A DNA stretch of 64,000 bases from a bacterium (GTDB taxonomy: Bacteria; Desulfobacterota; Binatia; Binatales; Binataceae). The notes beneath the pieces were generated by a model. The model searched no databases. It saw only the letters and a list, made by a program, of their open reading frames with translations, and had not been told where the DNA came from. The stretch is from contig JADBKU010000001.1 in NCBI GenBank assembly GCA_014896235.1, positions 69,594-133,593 of the forward strand, read 5' to 3'. This document shows, one piece after another, positions 46,504 through 57,017 of this stretch (the stretch's first letter is position 1; the number at the start of each line of letters is the position of its first letter). The translations under genes were made by a program, and so were the position numbers.

Positions 46504-49500
46504 ATGAGGTTTCTGCGCGTACTGCTGGCGATCGTTCTGGTCATCGTGATTTTGGCTGGAGTCGCCGTCGTGGTCGCGTTTCACAATCAGCCGACGCTTG
46601 TCGCCGTGGTCCTCGCGCGCATCAACGCCGGAACCGGGCTCGAAATTCGGCCGGCGCGGACCCGATTGAGATTCGGTGGCCATCTTGACGTCCTGCTCGA
46701 GCGGCCGACGGTCTATTTTCACGGCCGTGAAGTGGCGCGCCTCGAAGACCTTCGCGCGATCGTGAATTATCACGCGATTTTCGCGGGCAACGGCTTGCCG
46801 CTGCATTCGCTTGAACTCGATCGCCCAATAGTTCAGATGCCGGCGAACGCCGCTGGGGTTACTCCGCATGGATTGCCCAAACCCGATGTGGAAGCGGCTG
46901 ACAACCTGCTCGCCGCGCTCGATGCGATCGGCGATGTCACCTATCGCGTCGAAGTGCATGGCGCGCAATTGCACGACGTGAATTCCACGCCTTTGATCGA
47001 CTACTTCACCGTCGTCGCTCGCAAGGAACATCGCCGTTCCGGACGTTTGCCGTGGCTGCTCGAATTTGACGCGCATTGGGCTCACGCGCCCTTCGCCGGG
47101 CTCGGCGTTTCGGGGAATGTGCGCCTGGGCGCGGAACCCGGCCAGGACGTTGGATCGATCATGGACGGCAGGGTGGTTTTCCGCGGTCTTGCATTGAGCG
47201 GGTTTGAGGGACCGGCGGGTTTAAAGGCGACTGGATCGGCCGCCGGCTTTATCCGATTCTCCATGGCGCGCAACGGAGTAGTGACCGGCGCCGAAGATGC
47301 CGATTTTACGAAACTGGCTGTTTCCGGCCCTCCACTGGCCGCGCCGATCATTTTTGGGGACTGCGCGCTGCGGTCAAGGTTCAGCGCATCCGCGACGCGC
47401 ATGCAATTGAGCGAAATTGAGGTCTCGAAGGGCCAATCGGTGGTGATTGCTGGCGCGCTGGAAATCGGCGCTCCTTATGACCCCGATCGGACGATCAGCC
47501 TGAGCGTGGGCGACGGCAAGTTCGCGATCGCGGACGTTGCGGCTCAAGTACGCCATCTCCGCGCGATTCCATCATGGCTCAGTGCGGCGCTGGCCCGGCT
47601 GACTTCGGGCCAAGTGCGATTGATCGAAGCATCGCTCGATTCAACCGTGCCGTTGCGCAAGTGGAACGCGCTTACGATTCGTGACGATCTGTCGCTTAAG
47701 GCGTCGGTCGCCGGAGCCGGATACGATTCGCCTGCCAGCTCAGGATTGCCTGCCGTACGCCGCGTGTCGGCGACGGTCATTTACAACCGCGGGAAGCTGA
47801 CGGTCAGCGATGCTTCCGGTTATTTCGGCGACTCGAACTTAAAAAAAATCGACGGCGAAGCCCAATTTCGCGACGCCCCGCGTGAGATTTTCTACCGTTT
47901 GCGGGTGAGCGCCAAACTCAACGCGGGCGAAATTTTCGCGCTGGCGGCGCCGCTGCTCGCATCGCGCGGACCTGCATGGGCAAATCGATTGCAGGGCGCC
48001 AGAGGCGCCGCGAACATTTCCGGCCGCATCGCCGGGCGCGTGACGAATTCGCGATTGCTCGCGCCTGGCGAATATTCATTCGACGTTTCGCCCGAACGGT
48101 TGGGTTTGAAGATTCGCGGCGCGCCCACGCAAGTCGATCTTAATGACGGCGTGATCGCCGTACGCCCGGACGAGCTGCAGATTAAGAACCTGATCGTGTC
48201 GCCCGCGCTTTCCGGCGGCGGCAACCTGATGCTTGGCGGCGCGGTCAGACCGGGCGCGCCGTATCCTCGGTTCGAAAATCTTGTCGTCGAGGCGCATCGG
48301 ATTCGCGCCGAACGCTGGATGCCGCTGTTCGTCGACCAAAATCAGATGAACGTTCGCGGACCCATCAGCGGCAGACTGAATATCAACAGCGATTCGTCGA
48401 ATAATCGCGCGCCGACTGTCACCGGCAATTTGACGATGGGTTCCGGCGAATTGGGCTTCGGTTTCCTGCGATCGCCGATCATGGTGAATGCCGCGACGGT
48501 CGCCCTGAATGGAACCGGTTTGGAGCTCGACATCCCGAATGCGACGCTTGAAGGAAAGCCGATCGACTTGAACACGAAAGTCGCGGATCTGGCGAATCCC
48601 AAAGTCGAAATTGACGCGAACGCGGAAGATTTCGATTTCGAAGCGTTGAAGTTTATCCGCATGCCATGGTCGCCGAAAGCTAAAGTCACAGTTTTCCCGC
48701 TGCCGGTGTTTGGGCATCTGAAAGCGCAGCACGCGAAGTTCGGAAACCTGATGATGACGAATATGGCCACGGATTTTGAAAGAGGCGGCGGCCACTGGCG
48801 CGTCTATAATTTTGTCTCGCGGGCGCTGGGCGGTCGCGCACGATTGTCGGTTTCCGGCCTCACGGGACCAGACAACTGGATTCATATTGTCGGACGCGGC
48901 GTGCAAATGGACGCGGCGCAAATTTTCCTGCTTTCCGGGAATCGCAAGCCGGCCATTGTGGGAAAGCTGGGAACGACGCTCGATATTTGGGCCGACACGG
49001 ACGTGGATTTTTTTTCCTCGATGTACGGCAAGATTGGGATCGAGGCGACCAACGGAACGCTTAACCGATTCGCATTGATCAGCCGTATTCTGAGCTTCAT
49101 CGATGTTAAAAACTGGCTGACCGCGCGCCTGCCGGATCCTGACGCGTCCGGCATACCGTTCACCAAATTAAGTTGCGACGCGAACGGCATGAACGGGATT
49201 TTCGAGACCAAAAATTTCAAATTGCGCGGCCCCGTCATGGAAATTACGGCTACCGGCTCGGTGGACGCCGGCAACGACGTCATGAACATGCACGTGGCGT
49301 TGATGCCGTTCGATTCGTTCAATTGGCTCGTCGCCCATATTCCATTTATCGGCCGGAATTTGGCCACCGGCAGCAAAGGGCTCGTCGCGGCCTATTTTCA
49401 CGTGTACGGGCCGATAAATGATCCCACAGTCGTGCCGCAGCCGATCACATCGGTCGCCGAGTTTATCGCCAAGACGCTCAGCCTGCCGATAAATTTAATC

Positions 49501-49524
49501 GCGCCTAATACGATTAAGCCGTGA
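46504..49524 (+). CDS. AsmA-family giant envelope protein (AsmA/TamB/YhdP-like)
   Basis: 1006 aa. Single N-terminal TM (LRVLLAIVLVIVILAGVAVVVAF) followed by a long beta-rich periplasmic region. Confidence 0.65.
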   Translation: MRFLRVLLAIVLVIVILAGVAVVVAFHNQPTLVAVVLARINAGTGLEIRPARTRLRFGGHLDVLLERPTVYFHGREVARLEDLRAIVNYHAIFAGNGLPLHSLELDRPIVQMPANAAGVTPHGLPKPDVEAADNLLAALDAIGDVTYRVEVHGAQLHDVNSTPLIDYFTVVARKEHRRSGRLPWLLEFDAHWAHAPFAGLGVSGNVRLGAEPGQDVGSIMDGRVVFRGLALSGFEGPAGLKATGSAAGFIRFSMARNGVVTGAEDADFTKLAVSGPPLAAPIIFGDCALRSRFSASATRMQLSEIEVSKGQSVVIAGALEIGAPYDPDRTISLSVGDGKFAIADVAAQVRHLRAIPSWLSAALARLTSGQVRLIEASLDSTVPLRKWNALTIRDDLSLKASVAGAGYDSPASSGLPAVRRVSATVIYNRGKLTVSDASGYFGDSNLKKIDGEAQFRDAPREIFYRLRVSAKLNAGEIFALAAPLLASRGPAWANRLQGARGAANISGRIAGRVTNSRLLAPGEYSFDVSPERLGLKIRGAPTQVDLNDGVIAVRPDELQIKNLIVSPALSGGGNLMLGGAVRPGAPYPRFENLVVEAHRIRAERWMPLFVDQNQMNVRGPISGRLNINSDSSNNRAPTVTGNLTMGSGELGFGFLRSPIMVNAATVALNGTGLELDIPNATLEGKPIDLNTKVADLANPKVEIDANAEDFDFEALKFIRMPWSPKAKVTVFPLPVFGHLKAQHAKFGNLMMTNMATDFERGGGHWRVYNFVSRALGGRARLSVSGLTGPDNWIHIVGRGVQMDAAQIFLLSGNRKPAIVGKLGTTLDIWADTDVDFFSSMYGKIGIEATNGTLNRFALISRILSFIDVKNWLTARLPDPDASGIPFTKLSCDANGMNGIFETKNFKLRGPVMEITATGSVDAGNDVMNMHVALMPFDSFNWLVAHIPFIGRNLATGSKGLVAAYFHVYGPINDPTVVPQPITSVAEFIAKTLSLPINLIAPNTIKP

Positions 49525-49943
49525 AGAGGCGATCGCAAATGACTCGGAAAGCCGATGGCGGCGCGCGGATTCGTTCAGTGCGGTCGGATCCGGCGCGGGT
49601 GCGTCTGGCGCTCGTTACCGCCGCGGACGAGGCTCAGGCGGCCGCGATTGCGCGCGCGCTGATCGAAGAACGGCTTGCCGCGTGCGTTAATCTGATTCCG
49701 AACATTCGGTCGATTTATCGTTGGCGCGAAGCGGTCGAGGACGATCGGGAATGGCTTCTGCTAATCAAGACAACGGCTGCGCAATATAGGAAGATGGAGC
49801 GGCGGATTCTGGAGATGCACTCGTATGAAACGCCAGAAGTGATCGAGCTTGCGATCGCCGGAGGATCGGCGCCTTACCTGCGATGGCTGTGCGAAACGGC
49901 CGCTCCAGTCAAATTGTCGCGGCGACCGCCGCGGCGCGGCTGA
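49521..49943 (+). CDS. cutA: divalent-cation tolerance protein CutA
   Basis: …AACVNLIPNIRSIYRWREAVEDDREWLLLIKT…SYETPEVIELAI. Overlaps the AsmA gene stop (GTGA). Alternative start at ATG 49539. Confidence 0.8.
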   Translation: MKRRSQMTRKADGGARIRSVRSDPARVRLALVTAADEAQAAAIARALIEERLAACVNLIPNIRSIYRWREAVEDDREWLLLIKTTAAQYRKMERRILEMHSYETPEVIELAIAGGSAPYLRWLCETAAPVKLSRRPPRRG

Positions 49944-49986
49944 ACCTTCTCGCGCTTTCACACTCCAAGAGGTAGAACAGCAGCCG

Positions 49987-51060
49987 ATGTTTCGCGAAGC
50001 AATCGAGCGGATGGCGCCGTATACGCCGGGAGAACAACCGCGCCCCGGCCAGCGCCTGATCAAGCTCAACACTAACGAGAATCCGTATCCGCCGTCGCCG
50101 CGGGTCAGGCGGGCCATAATCGATTCCGCAAACGCGGCGCTGCGCCTTTATCCGCCGCCGCGCTCCGACGCTTTCGTTGCGGCCGCGGCGAATCTTTACA
50201 AAATCCCGCGCGGCATGATCCTGGCCGGCAATGGTTCCGACGAATTGCTCGCGATGTTGTTCCGGGCGACGCTCGGGCCGGGCGACGTCGTCGCGTACGC
50301 GATGCCGACCTATTCCCTTTACGATACGCTCGCGGAAATCCAGGAAGCGCGAGTCGTGGCGATTCCGCTCGGCGAAAATTACGCGCAACCACTTGAGGCG
50401 CTGGGCCGCGAACAGGCAAAGCTGACAATTGTATGCAGCCCGAATTCTCCATGCGGCACGCTCGCGCCGGCGTCAGAGCTCGAGGCGCTTGCGCGGCGGT
50501 TGCGGGAACGTCTCCTCGCGATTGACGAGGCCTATGTGGACTTCGCCGAATCCAATGCGCTTCATCTCGTGAAACGGTATCCGAATGTTGTCGTTATGCG
50601 CACGCTGTCGAAATCGTTTTCGCTCGCCGGGATGCGTCTCGGGCTGTTATTCGCCAATCCGGCGATTATCGAGTCGTTGCTGAAAGTGAAGGATTCCTAC
50701 AACCTGAATCGAACGGCGATCGCGGCTGGCGCCGCCGCTCTCGCGGACGCGGCCTGGATGCGCCGTAACGTCGAGCGCGTCAAAAAAACCCGGGCGCAAA
50801 GCGCGAAGCGGCTGCGCGCGCTCGGATTTGAAGTGCCTGAATCATCGTCGAATTTTTTGCTGGCGCGGATGCGCGGTCGCGACATGGCACCGCTCGCATC
50901 CGCGCTGCGCCGGCGTGGAATACTCGTGCGGCATTTTCCTAAGTCGGCGTTCAGCGACGCGTTGCGGATTTCGATCGGCACTCCGAGCGAGATGGCCGCG
51001 CTATTCAAGGCGCTCGCGCCGCTGATTAAAAAATATCCGGCGCTTCGCGCCGCGAGCTGA
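49987..51060 (+). CDS. hisC: histidinol-phosphate aminotransferase
   Basis: Start at MFREAIERMAPYTPGEQP…IKLNTNENPYPPSP. PLP-lysine region (…TLSKSFSLAGMRLG). Confidence 0.85.
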   Translation: MFREAIERMAPYTPGEQPRPGQRLIKLNTNENPYPPSPRVRRAIIDSANAALRLYPPPRSDAFVAAAANLYKIPRGMILAGNGSDELLAMLFRATLGPGDVVAYAMPTYSLYDTLAEIQEARVVAIPLGENYAQPLEALGREQAKLTIVCSPNSPCGTLAPASELEALARRLRERLLAIDEAYVDFAESNALHLVKRYPNVVVMRTLSKSFSLAGMRLGLLFANPAIIESLLKVKDSYNLNRTAIAAGAAALADAAWMRRNVERVKKTRAQSAKRLRALGFEVPESSSNFLLARMRGRDMAPLASALRRRGILVRHFPKSAFSDALRISIGTPSEMAALFKALAPLIKKYPALRAAS

Positions 51061-51120
51061 CATTCGAACCGACCGATGAGCCGGATTGGCCGCCTCTTCG
51101 ATAAATTCCGGCCGGCGCGC

Positions 51121-51726
51121 ATGGCTGAGACGGAAGAATTCTCGCGCGAAGGCGCCTTGGAACGGTGGATGGTCGTCGGTCTCGGCAATCCCGGCGAGCA
51201 ATACCGCCGATCCCGCCACAACGCCGGCTTCATGACTGTCGAACGCATGGCCGCGGCGCGCAACGCGGATTTTTCGCGCCGAAAATTCAACGGTGAGTTT
51301 GCCGAGGTTCGCGAGGACGGCGTGATTCTAATGCTGGTCAGGCCGGAGACCTTTTATAATCGCAGCGGAGATTGCGTGGCCGGAATTGCCGGATTTTTTC
51401 GCATCCCGCCCGAACGCATAATCGTGATTCACGACGATATGGATCTGCCGGTGGGCCAGCTTCGCGTCAAGCGCGGCGGCGGCGACGCTGGCAATCGCGG
51501 CGTGCGCTCGATCGCCGGCGCGATCGGCAAGGAGTTCAACCGCGTTCGCATCGGCATCGGCCATCCGGAAAGCCCGGGCGGCGACATCGATTACGTTTTG
51601 CGGCCGCTCAGCCGCGATGAATTAGCCGCGTTCACAACGATATTCGAGCGCGCGGCTGACGCGGCATTGGCGGTGATTCGCGAAGGGCTCGAGCGTGCGA
51701 TGAACCGCTTCAATCAGCGGGCTTGA
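51121..51726 (+). CDS. pth: peptidyl-tRNA hydrolase
   Basis: WMVVGLGNPGEQYRRSRHNAGF…HDDMDLPVGQLRVKRGGGDAGNRGVRSI. Start ambiguous (ATG 51076, 51121 or 51166). Confidence 0.85.
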   Translation: MAETEEFSREGALERWMVVGLGNPGEQYRRSRHNAGFMTVERMAAARNADFSRRKFNGEFAEVREDGVILMLVRPETFYNRSGDCVAGIAGFFRIPPERIIVIHDDMDLPVGQLRVKRGGGDAGNRGVRSIAGAIGKEFNRVRIGIGHPESPGGDIDYVLRPLSRDELAAFTTIFERAADAALAVIREGLERAMNRFNQRA

Positions 51727-51742
51727 CGCCCGCCAACCCCGC

Positions 51743-52651
51743 TCATGCGGCCGATTTCGGCGGTTGCGGCAATCCCCGATGTCCCCAGATGCTCGGCGCT
51801 TCGTGCCGTTGAACCTTCCACGTCGCGTCATCGACGGTGCGCGCGCCGTATCCGTACTCGATCTCAAACCCCGACGGCGATCGCATGTAGAACGACATCA
51901 TGTGGTCGTTGGTATGGCGCCCCAGCGAACCGGTGATCGGAATTCCCAAGTCCTGCGCCAGATAATAAGTTGACCCGACGTCATCGAGCGATTTCACCTG
52001 CAACATGAAATGCAGCAGGCGTTTTTGCGCCGGGATGACGCCGAATGCGATCGAATGATGCCGCGGATTGCAGTGCATGAAAGTAAGCGTGATCGCATCG
52101 GTTGGCCGCCCGCGCCGCATCCGCATCTCGATGAAATCGCTGATCCGCATGCCGAGCAGATCGCGATAGAAATGCAGGCTCCGTTCGGCGTCGTCCACGC
52201 GCACGACGATATGGCCAAGGCCCATTGTTCCCGTCTCGAAACCGCTGATCGAGCGCGGCGATTTGAACGGCCGCTCGAACGTCATCAGCGGACCGTAATA
52301 CGCCTCGGTGGCGATTCCGCTCGGATCGCGAAACTTGATGAATTCCGCGACGCCTCGCACACGCGCCTCTTCCGCTGTTCCCGCCGCGGTTTCGACGCCC
52401 GATTCCTTTAACTGCTCCGATAATTCGCGCAGTGCGCGTTGATCGGATACTTCCCATCCAACGAACGAAACGTCGTCATCGCTCCCGCTCGCGAGGATGA
52501 AACGATGATGATGCTCGTCCATCCGGAGCAGCAGCGCGCCGCCGTCGCCGTCGGCCGCCTCCAGCCCAAGCACCTCCGTGGCGAATTTGCGCCATGCGTT
52601 CTGGTCGGAAACGCTCAAACCGAGATATCCCAACTGCGTCACGCTCGCCAT
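51743..52651 (-). CDS. type I extradiol ring-cleavage dioxygenase (BphC/HsaC-like, VOC fold)
   Basis: Two tandem VOC modules with metal ligands (…GLGHIVVRV…, …HHSIAFG…, …FEIEYGYG). Confidence 0.85.
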   Translation of the reverse strand: MASVTQLGYLGLSVSDQNAWRKFATEVLGLEAADGDGGALLLRMDEHHHRFILASGSDDDVSFVGWEVSDQRALRELSEQLKESGVETAAGTAEEARVRGVAEFIKFRDPSGIATEAYYGPLMTFERPFKSPRSISGFETGTMGLGHIVVRVDDAERSLHFYRDLLGMRISDFIEMRMRRGRPTDAITLTFMHCNPRHHSIAFGVIPAQKRLLHFMLQVKSLDDVGSTYYLAQDLGIPITGSLGRHTNDHMMSFYMRSPSGFEIEYGYGARTVDDATWKVQRHEAPSIWGHRGLPQPPKSAA

Positions 52652-52750
52652 TGCGGTTCTCTCCGATTGCGACTGTTGCGCGAATTTTGTTCCCGATCGC
52701 GATATTGCCTTATCCGCATTGGTTCGGCCAGCGCCGGCCTGACGCGCCGA

Positions 52751-53671
52751 TTAGCGCCCGCCGCCGTGCCTGTCGATCAGCTTCATCAGGGCGTACGCCG
52801 CTTCCATGTATGGCGCCGCGATTCCGTGCCGATGCGCGGCGCGCACGACGGCGCCGCACAGCGCCTCGTACTCCAGCGGCTTGCCGCGCTGATGGTCCTG
52901 CAGAGTCGAAGGGCGGACGGCGCTCAACGCCGCGTGTGATCGCGTGAATTGATATTCGATCTCGCGCTCGCCCAGCGCGACGCCCTTGGCGCGCGCCGCC
53001 GCCGCGATTTCGCCCATCAAGTTGCGCAGCAGCGCGACCGCGTCATCGTCGGCAAGCAGCGTGCCGACGTCGCTCTCGGCCAGCGTCGCAACGGTGTTGA
53101 ACGCGCCGTTCCAGAGCAATTTTTCCCAGCGAATCGCCTTGATATCCGCGACGAGGCTTTGCAGAATCCCCGCCTTGCGGAAATGTTCGGCCAGGCGCCG
53201 CGCGCGATCGCTCTCTCCGCCTTCGAGTTCGCCGAATTCGATCGCGCCGCCGGTGCGATGCTCGATTTGGCCGGGCGCCACGAGTTCCGCGCCGATTCGC
53301 GAATTGCCCGCCATCACGCGGCCGCGGCCGAACATCTCCGCCAGCCGATATTCGTTTTCGACGCCGTTTTGCAGCGTCAGAATCACGCCGTCCGGCGCGA
53401 GGCATCCTTCGACCTGCCGGGCGGCCGACTCAGTGTCGTAGGACTTTACGCAGAACAGGACGAGATCATACGGCGCATGGTCGCGAGGTTCGGCGGTCGC
53501 GACCACGCGCAGGCCGAAATCGCCCTGATGGCTCTTGAAACGCAGGCCATGCGTGCGCATCGCGTCGAGATTCGCGCCGCGCGCGCAAAAGACGACTTCG
53601 TCGCCGAGCTGTTGCAGGCGCGCGCCGAAATAAGCGCCGATCGCTCCCGCGCCCATCACCAGCACCTTCAT
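52751..53671 (-). CDS. ketopantoate-reductase (PanE/ApbA) family NAD(P)-dependent oxidoreductase
   Basis: MKVLVMGAGAIGAYFGARL Rossmann start followed by the PanE C-terminal helical domain. Confidence 0.8.
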   Translation of the reverse strand: MKVLVMGAGAIGAYFGARLQQLGDEVVFCARGANLDAMRTHGLRFKSHQGDFGLRVVATAEPRDHAPYDLVLFCVKSYDTESAARQVEGCLAPDGVILTLQNGVENEYRLAEMFGRGRVMAGNSRIGAELVAPGQIEHRTGGAIEFGELEGGESDRARRLAEHFRKAGILQSLVADIKAIRWEKLLWNGAFNTVATLAESDVGTLLADDDAVALLRNLMGEIAAAARAKGVALGEREIEYQFTRSHAALSAVRPSTLQDHQRGKPLEYEALCGAVVRAAHRHGIAAPYMEAAYALMKLIDRHGGGR

Positions 53672-53793
53672 CGTGTCGCTCTCCGGCCTTCGGTTCGATT
53701 CATTTCAGAGGATTTAAGCCCTGCCGCGCCGAAAACGAAAGCGCCGCCGACGATCTTCCGCCGACGGCGCTTTCACGCATTTTCCCGCGCGTC

Positions 53794-54894
53794 TCAGACG
53801 CTCAGATGATAAAGCTCCGCGACGTTGTCATGCAGAATCGCATCCTTCTCCGCTTGCGTCAGATGCTTGGTCTGTTCCGCCAGCACTTCCTGCGACCACG
53901 GCCAGGTCGAATCGCTATGCGGAAAATCGTTCGCCCACATCATCCGCTTCACGTTGCACAGGTCCTTCATCTGGAACGCCACCCAGTCGTCCTGGAAGGT
54001 CGTATAGACGTGTTCGCGGAAGTACTCGCTCGGCATCTTTTGCAACTCGCGCCCCTTGAGCATCCAATTCCGATGACGCTTGTAGGCGTGATCCATCCGG
54101 TACATGAAATGCGGCACCCAGCCGGCGTCCGCCTCGACGCAAACCAGCTTGAGCTTCGGATGGCGCTCGAAGACCCCGCCGAAAATGAACGTACCAATCA
54201 GGTCCTGATTGCCGCGGATGATCGAGAGGAAATTGTTGATGCGCGGGCCGCGTGTCTTCCAGTTGTCCTGCTTGCTGGTGAGGATATGGAAGCTCAGCGG
54301 CATTTCCAAATCGATCGCCGCTTCCCAGAACGGATCGTAAATCGGATCGTCGTAATCCGAAACCTGCGGATTGCCCGGCATCATCACGCCGCGCAGGCCC
54401 ATCTCCTTCATCCTGCGCAGGTCGTCGATTCCCTCTTCGACCGAGCGCATCGACGTTTGCCCGAGTCCGATCAGCCGATCCGGATGCGCCGCGCAGTACT
54501 GCGCGATCCAGCGGTTATAGGCGTCGAAGCAGGCTTTTTTGTAGTCGTAATCCGGATGGTTGCAGAGCATCATGCCGACGGTCGGATAGATAACCTCGCA
54601 GGCGACGCCGTCGCGCTCCTGATCGGCCATCCGCGCCTCGGGATCCCATCCGCCGCGATGCAGTTCCTCGAACTTCGCGCCGAACATCTTGAGCGACATC
54701 GCGTCCTGGCCGGCCGCCGCCACCAGCCCCATCGGAATCGGCTTGCTCATCCCCTCGATCACGAAAATGTCGCCGAGCTTGTCGTCGCGCACCATGCGCG
54801 GCGCCCGATCGCGAAATTTCGGATCGATATGATCGACGTAACAGCCGGGCGGCTCGGTAATATGCGAGTCCGCCGATATGATTGGCTTCTCCAT
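53794..54894 (-). CDS. amidohydrolase-2 family metal-dependent hydrolase
   Basis: Start set at MEKPIISADSHITEP (ATG complement 54892-54894). Paralog of 1016-2134. Confidence 0.8.
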   Translation of the reverse strand: MEKPIISADSHITEPPGCYVDHIDPKFRDRAPRMVRDDKLGDIFVIEGMSKPIPMGLVAAAGQDAMSLKMFGAKFEELHRGGWDPEARMADQERDGVACEVIYPTVGMMLCNHPDYDYKKACFDAYNRWIAQYCAAHPDRLIGLGQTSMRSVEEGIDDLRRMKEMGLRGVMMPGNPQVSDYDDPIYDPFWEAAIDLEMPLSFHILTSKQDNWKTRGPRINNFLSIIRGNQDLIGTFIFGGVFERHPKLKLVCVEADAGWVPHFMYRMDHAYKRHRNWMLKGRELQKMPSEYFREHVYTTFQDDWVAFQMKDLCNVKRMMWANDFPHSDSTWPWSQEVLAEQTKHLTQAEKDAILHDNVAELYHLSV

Positions 54895-55187
54895 CAAAGG
54901 CCCTCCGTATGCGGGGTCCGCCGCGTCATTTTGCTCGCGGCCCCCAGAGTCATCTCGTCTCTTCTGAACTAACCAAAGTATAGCGCGTAATTCAAACGAA
55001 ATCCCGCTTGTCCGCGCATCGCTCCGACCCCCGGCGCGGCGTGCGCGCGCTTTACCCAAAGCCCTCCGATACGATAAGCAATACTTATCGGAATTTTCAT
55101 TCAGGCCCGCGTCGTGCCTGTGATTACGGCGGCGCGCGGAGCCTTACCAATCGCATCCCGGCTACGCCGGAGACGGAGAACCATACG

Positions 55188-56888
55188 ATGGACTTCGATC
55201 TGAAAATTACTGGCGGCACGATTATCGACGGCACAGGGCGTTCCGGCTATGCCGGCGACGTCGCCATCAAGGACGGCAAAATCGCCGCGCTCGGCGACGT
55301 CAAAGGCCGCGCCGCCGAAACCATCGACGCCAGGGGCCGCGTCGTCGCGCCCGGCTTCGTCGATATTCACACCCATTACGACGCCCAGTTGCTGTGGGAC
55401 CGCATGATGACCATCTCGCCGTGGCACGGCGTGACCACGGTCGTGATGGGCAACTGCGGCTTCACCGTCGCGCCGACCCGTCCCGAGCATCGCGGGCTGA
55501 TCATGCGCACGCTGGAGAAGGTCGAAGGGATGAGCCTTGAGGCGCTCGAAGGCGGCCTCGGCTACGATTGGCCTTTCGAGACCTTCGAGCAATATCTCGA
55601 CGCCATAGAGCAGCGCGGCACGGCGATCAACTGCGCCGCGCAGATCGGCCATACCGCCCTGCGCATGTACGTGATGGGCGAGGAGGCGACCGAGCGCGCA
55701 GCCACCGACGACGAAATCGCGAAGATGCGCGCGATCGTCAAAAACGCGATCAAGGCCGGCGCCGTCGGCTTCGCGACCTCGAAGGCCGTCACGCATGTTG
55801 GCTACGGCGGCAAGCCGGTGGCCAGCCGCAAGGCCACGCTCGACGAAATCAAGACGCTTATCGGCGCCCTGCGCGAGGCCGGCAGCGGCGTCGTGCAGAC
55901 CGCGGTGGGCCGCGAACTTTTCCTCGGCGAGATGGCTGAAATCGCGAAGGAAACCGGCGTGCCGATCACCTGGACCGCGCTGCTCGCCGGGATGACCGGC
56001 AGCAACGACGGCCATCGCCGGATGCTCGCGCAATCCGAGGAGATGGCGCGCCAGGGCTTGCCGATTACGCCGCAGGTGGCGTGCCGTCCGCTCAATTTCG
56101 AGCTGACCTTCAAGGAGCCGTTTATCTTCGAGGGCATGACCTCGGTGTTCGCACCGGTTTCCGCCGCGCGCGATATCGAGAGCAAAATCCGCATCTACCG
56201 CGACCCCGAATTCCGCGCCAAGTTCAAGGCCAAGGCCGGTTCTGGCGCCGATGTGAAATATCACGACCGCTGGGAGCGCGCGTGGATTTCGCATTGCCCG
56301 AGCGATCCGTCGCTGGAGGAGCGCAACGTCGCCGAGGTCGCGCGCGAGCGCAACGCCGATCCGATCGATTTCGTGCTCGACCTGTCGATCGAAAACAAGC
56401 TCGAAGCGCGTTTCCGCTTCGCGATTTTCAATTACGAAGAGCAGGAGGTCTTGGACCTGCTCAAATCGCCCAGCACCGTAATCGGCCTGTCGGACGCCGG
56501 CGCGCACGCCAGCCAGCTATGCGACGCCTGCTACTCGACCTATCTGCTCGGCCACTGGGTGCGCGAGCGCAACGCGCTGCCGCTCGAAAGGGCGATCTGG
56601 ATGCTCACGGCGCGGCCGGCGAGCGTTTTCAATATCAGCGATCGCGGCCGGCTCGAAACCGGACTGGCGGGCGACGTAGTGATTTTCGATCCCGACAAAA
56701 TTTCCGCGGGGCGGCTCCGCCGCGTGCACGACCTGCCGAAGGGCGCCGACCGGCTGGTTTCCGAAGCGGCGGGAATCGACGCGGTGATCGTCAACGGTTC
56801 GCTCCTGCGCCGCGAGGGTCGCGACATGGTGGCGGCCGACGGGCCGCTGCCGGGCCGGCTGCTGCGCAACGGCCGCGCCTCGGCCTGA
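55188..56888 (+). CDS. D-aminoacylase-like amidohydrolase, paralog of 3816-5534
   Basis: Start MDFDLKITGGTIIDGTGRSGYAGDVAIKDGKIAALGDV (ATG 55188, GGAGACGGAGAA SD). …APGFVDIHTHYD…NCGFTVAP. Confidence 0.85.
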   Translation: MDFDLKITGGTIIDGTGRSGYAGDVAIKDGKIAALGDVKGRAAETIDARGRVVAPGFVDIHTHYDAQLLWDRMMTISPWHGVTTVVMGNCGFTVAPTRPEHRGLIMRTLEKVEGMSLEALEGGLGYDWPFETFEQYLDAIEQRGTAINCAAQIGHTALRMYVMGEEATERAATDDEIAKMRAIVKNAIKAGAVGFATSKAVTHVGYGGKPVASRKATLDEIKTLIGALREAGSGVVQTAVGRELFLGEMAEIAKETGVPITWTALLAGMTGSNDGHRRMLAQSEEMARQGLPITPQVACRPLNFELTFKEPFIFEGMTSVFAPVSAARDIESKIRIYRDPEFRAKFKAKAGSGADVKYHDRWERAWISHCPSDPSLEERNVAEVARERNADPIDFVLDLSIENKLEARFRFAIFNYEEQEVLDLLKSPSTVIGLSDAGAHASQLCDACYSTYLLGHWVRERNALPLERAIWMLTARPASVFNISDRGRLETGLAGDVVIFDPDKISAGRLRRVHDLPKGADRLVSEAAGIDAVIVNGSLLRREGRDMVAADGPLPGRLLRNGRASA

Positions 56889-57017
56889 TATCCGGCGCCG
56901 GGCGTAATCCGCAAATGAAATCGGCGGGCCGCAATCGCGGTCCGCCGATTCTTTTTTGCCCCGGCGCTCCATCCGCGTAAAATCGTTCCATAGCGGTCCG
57001 CCGCGCCCTTACTCACG

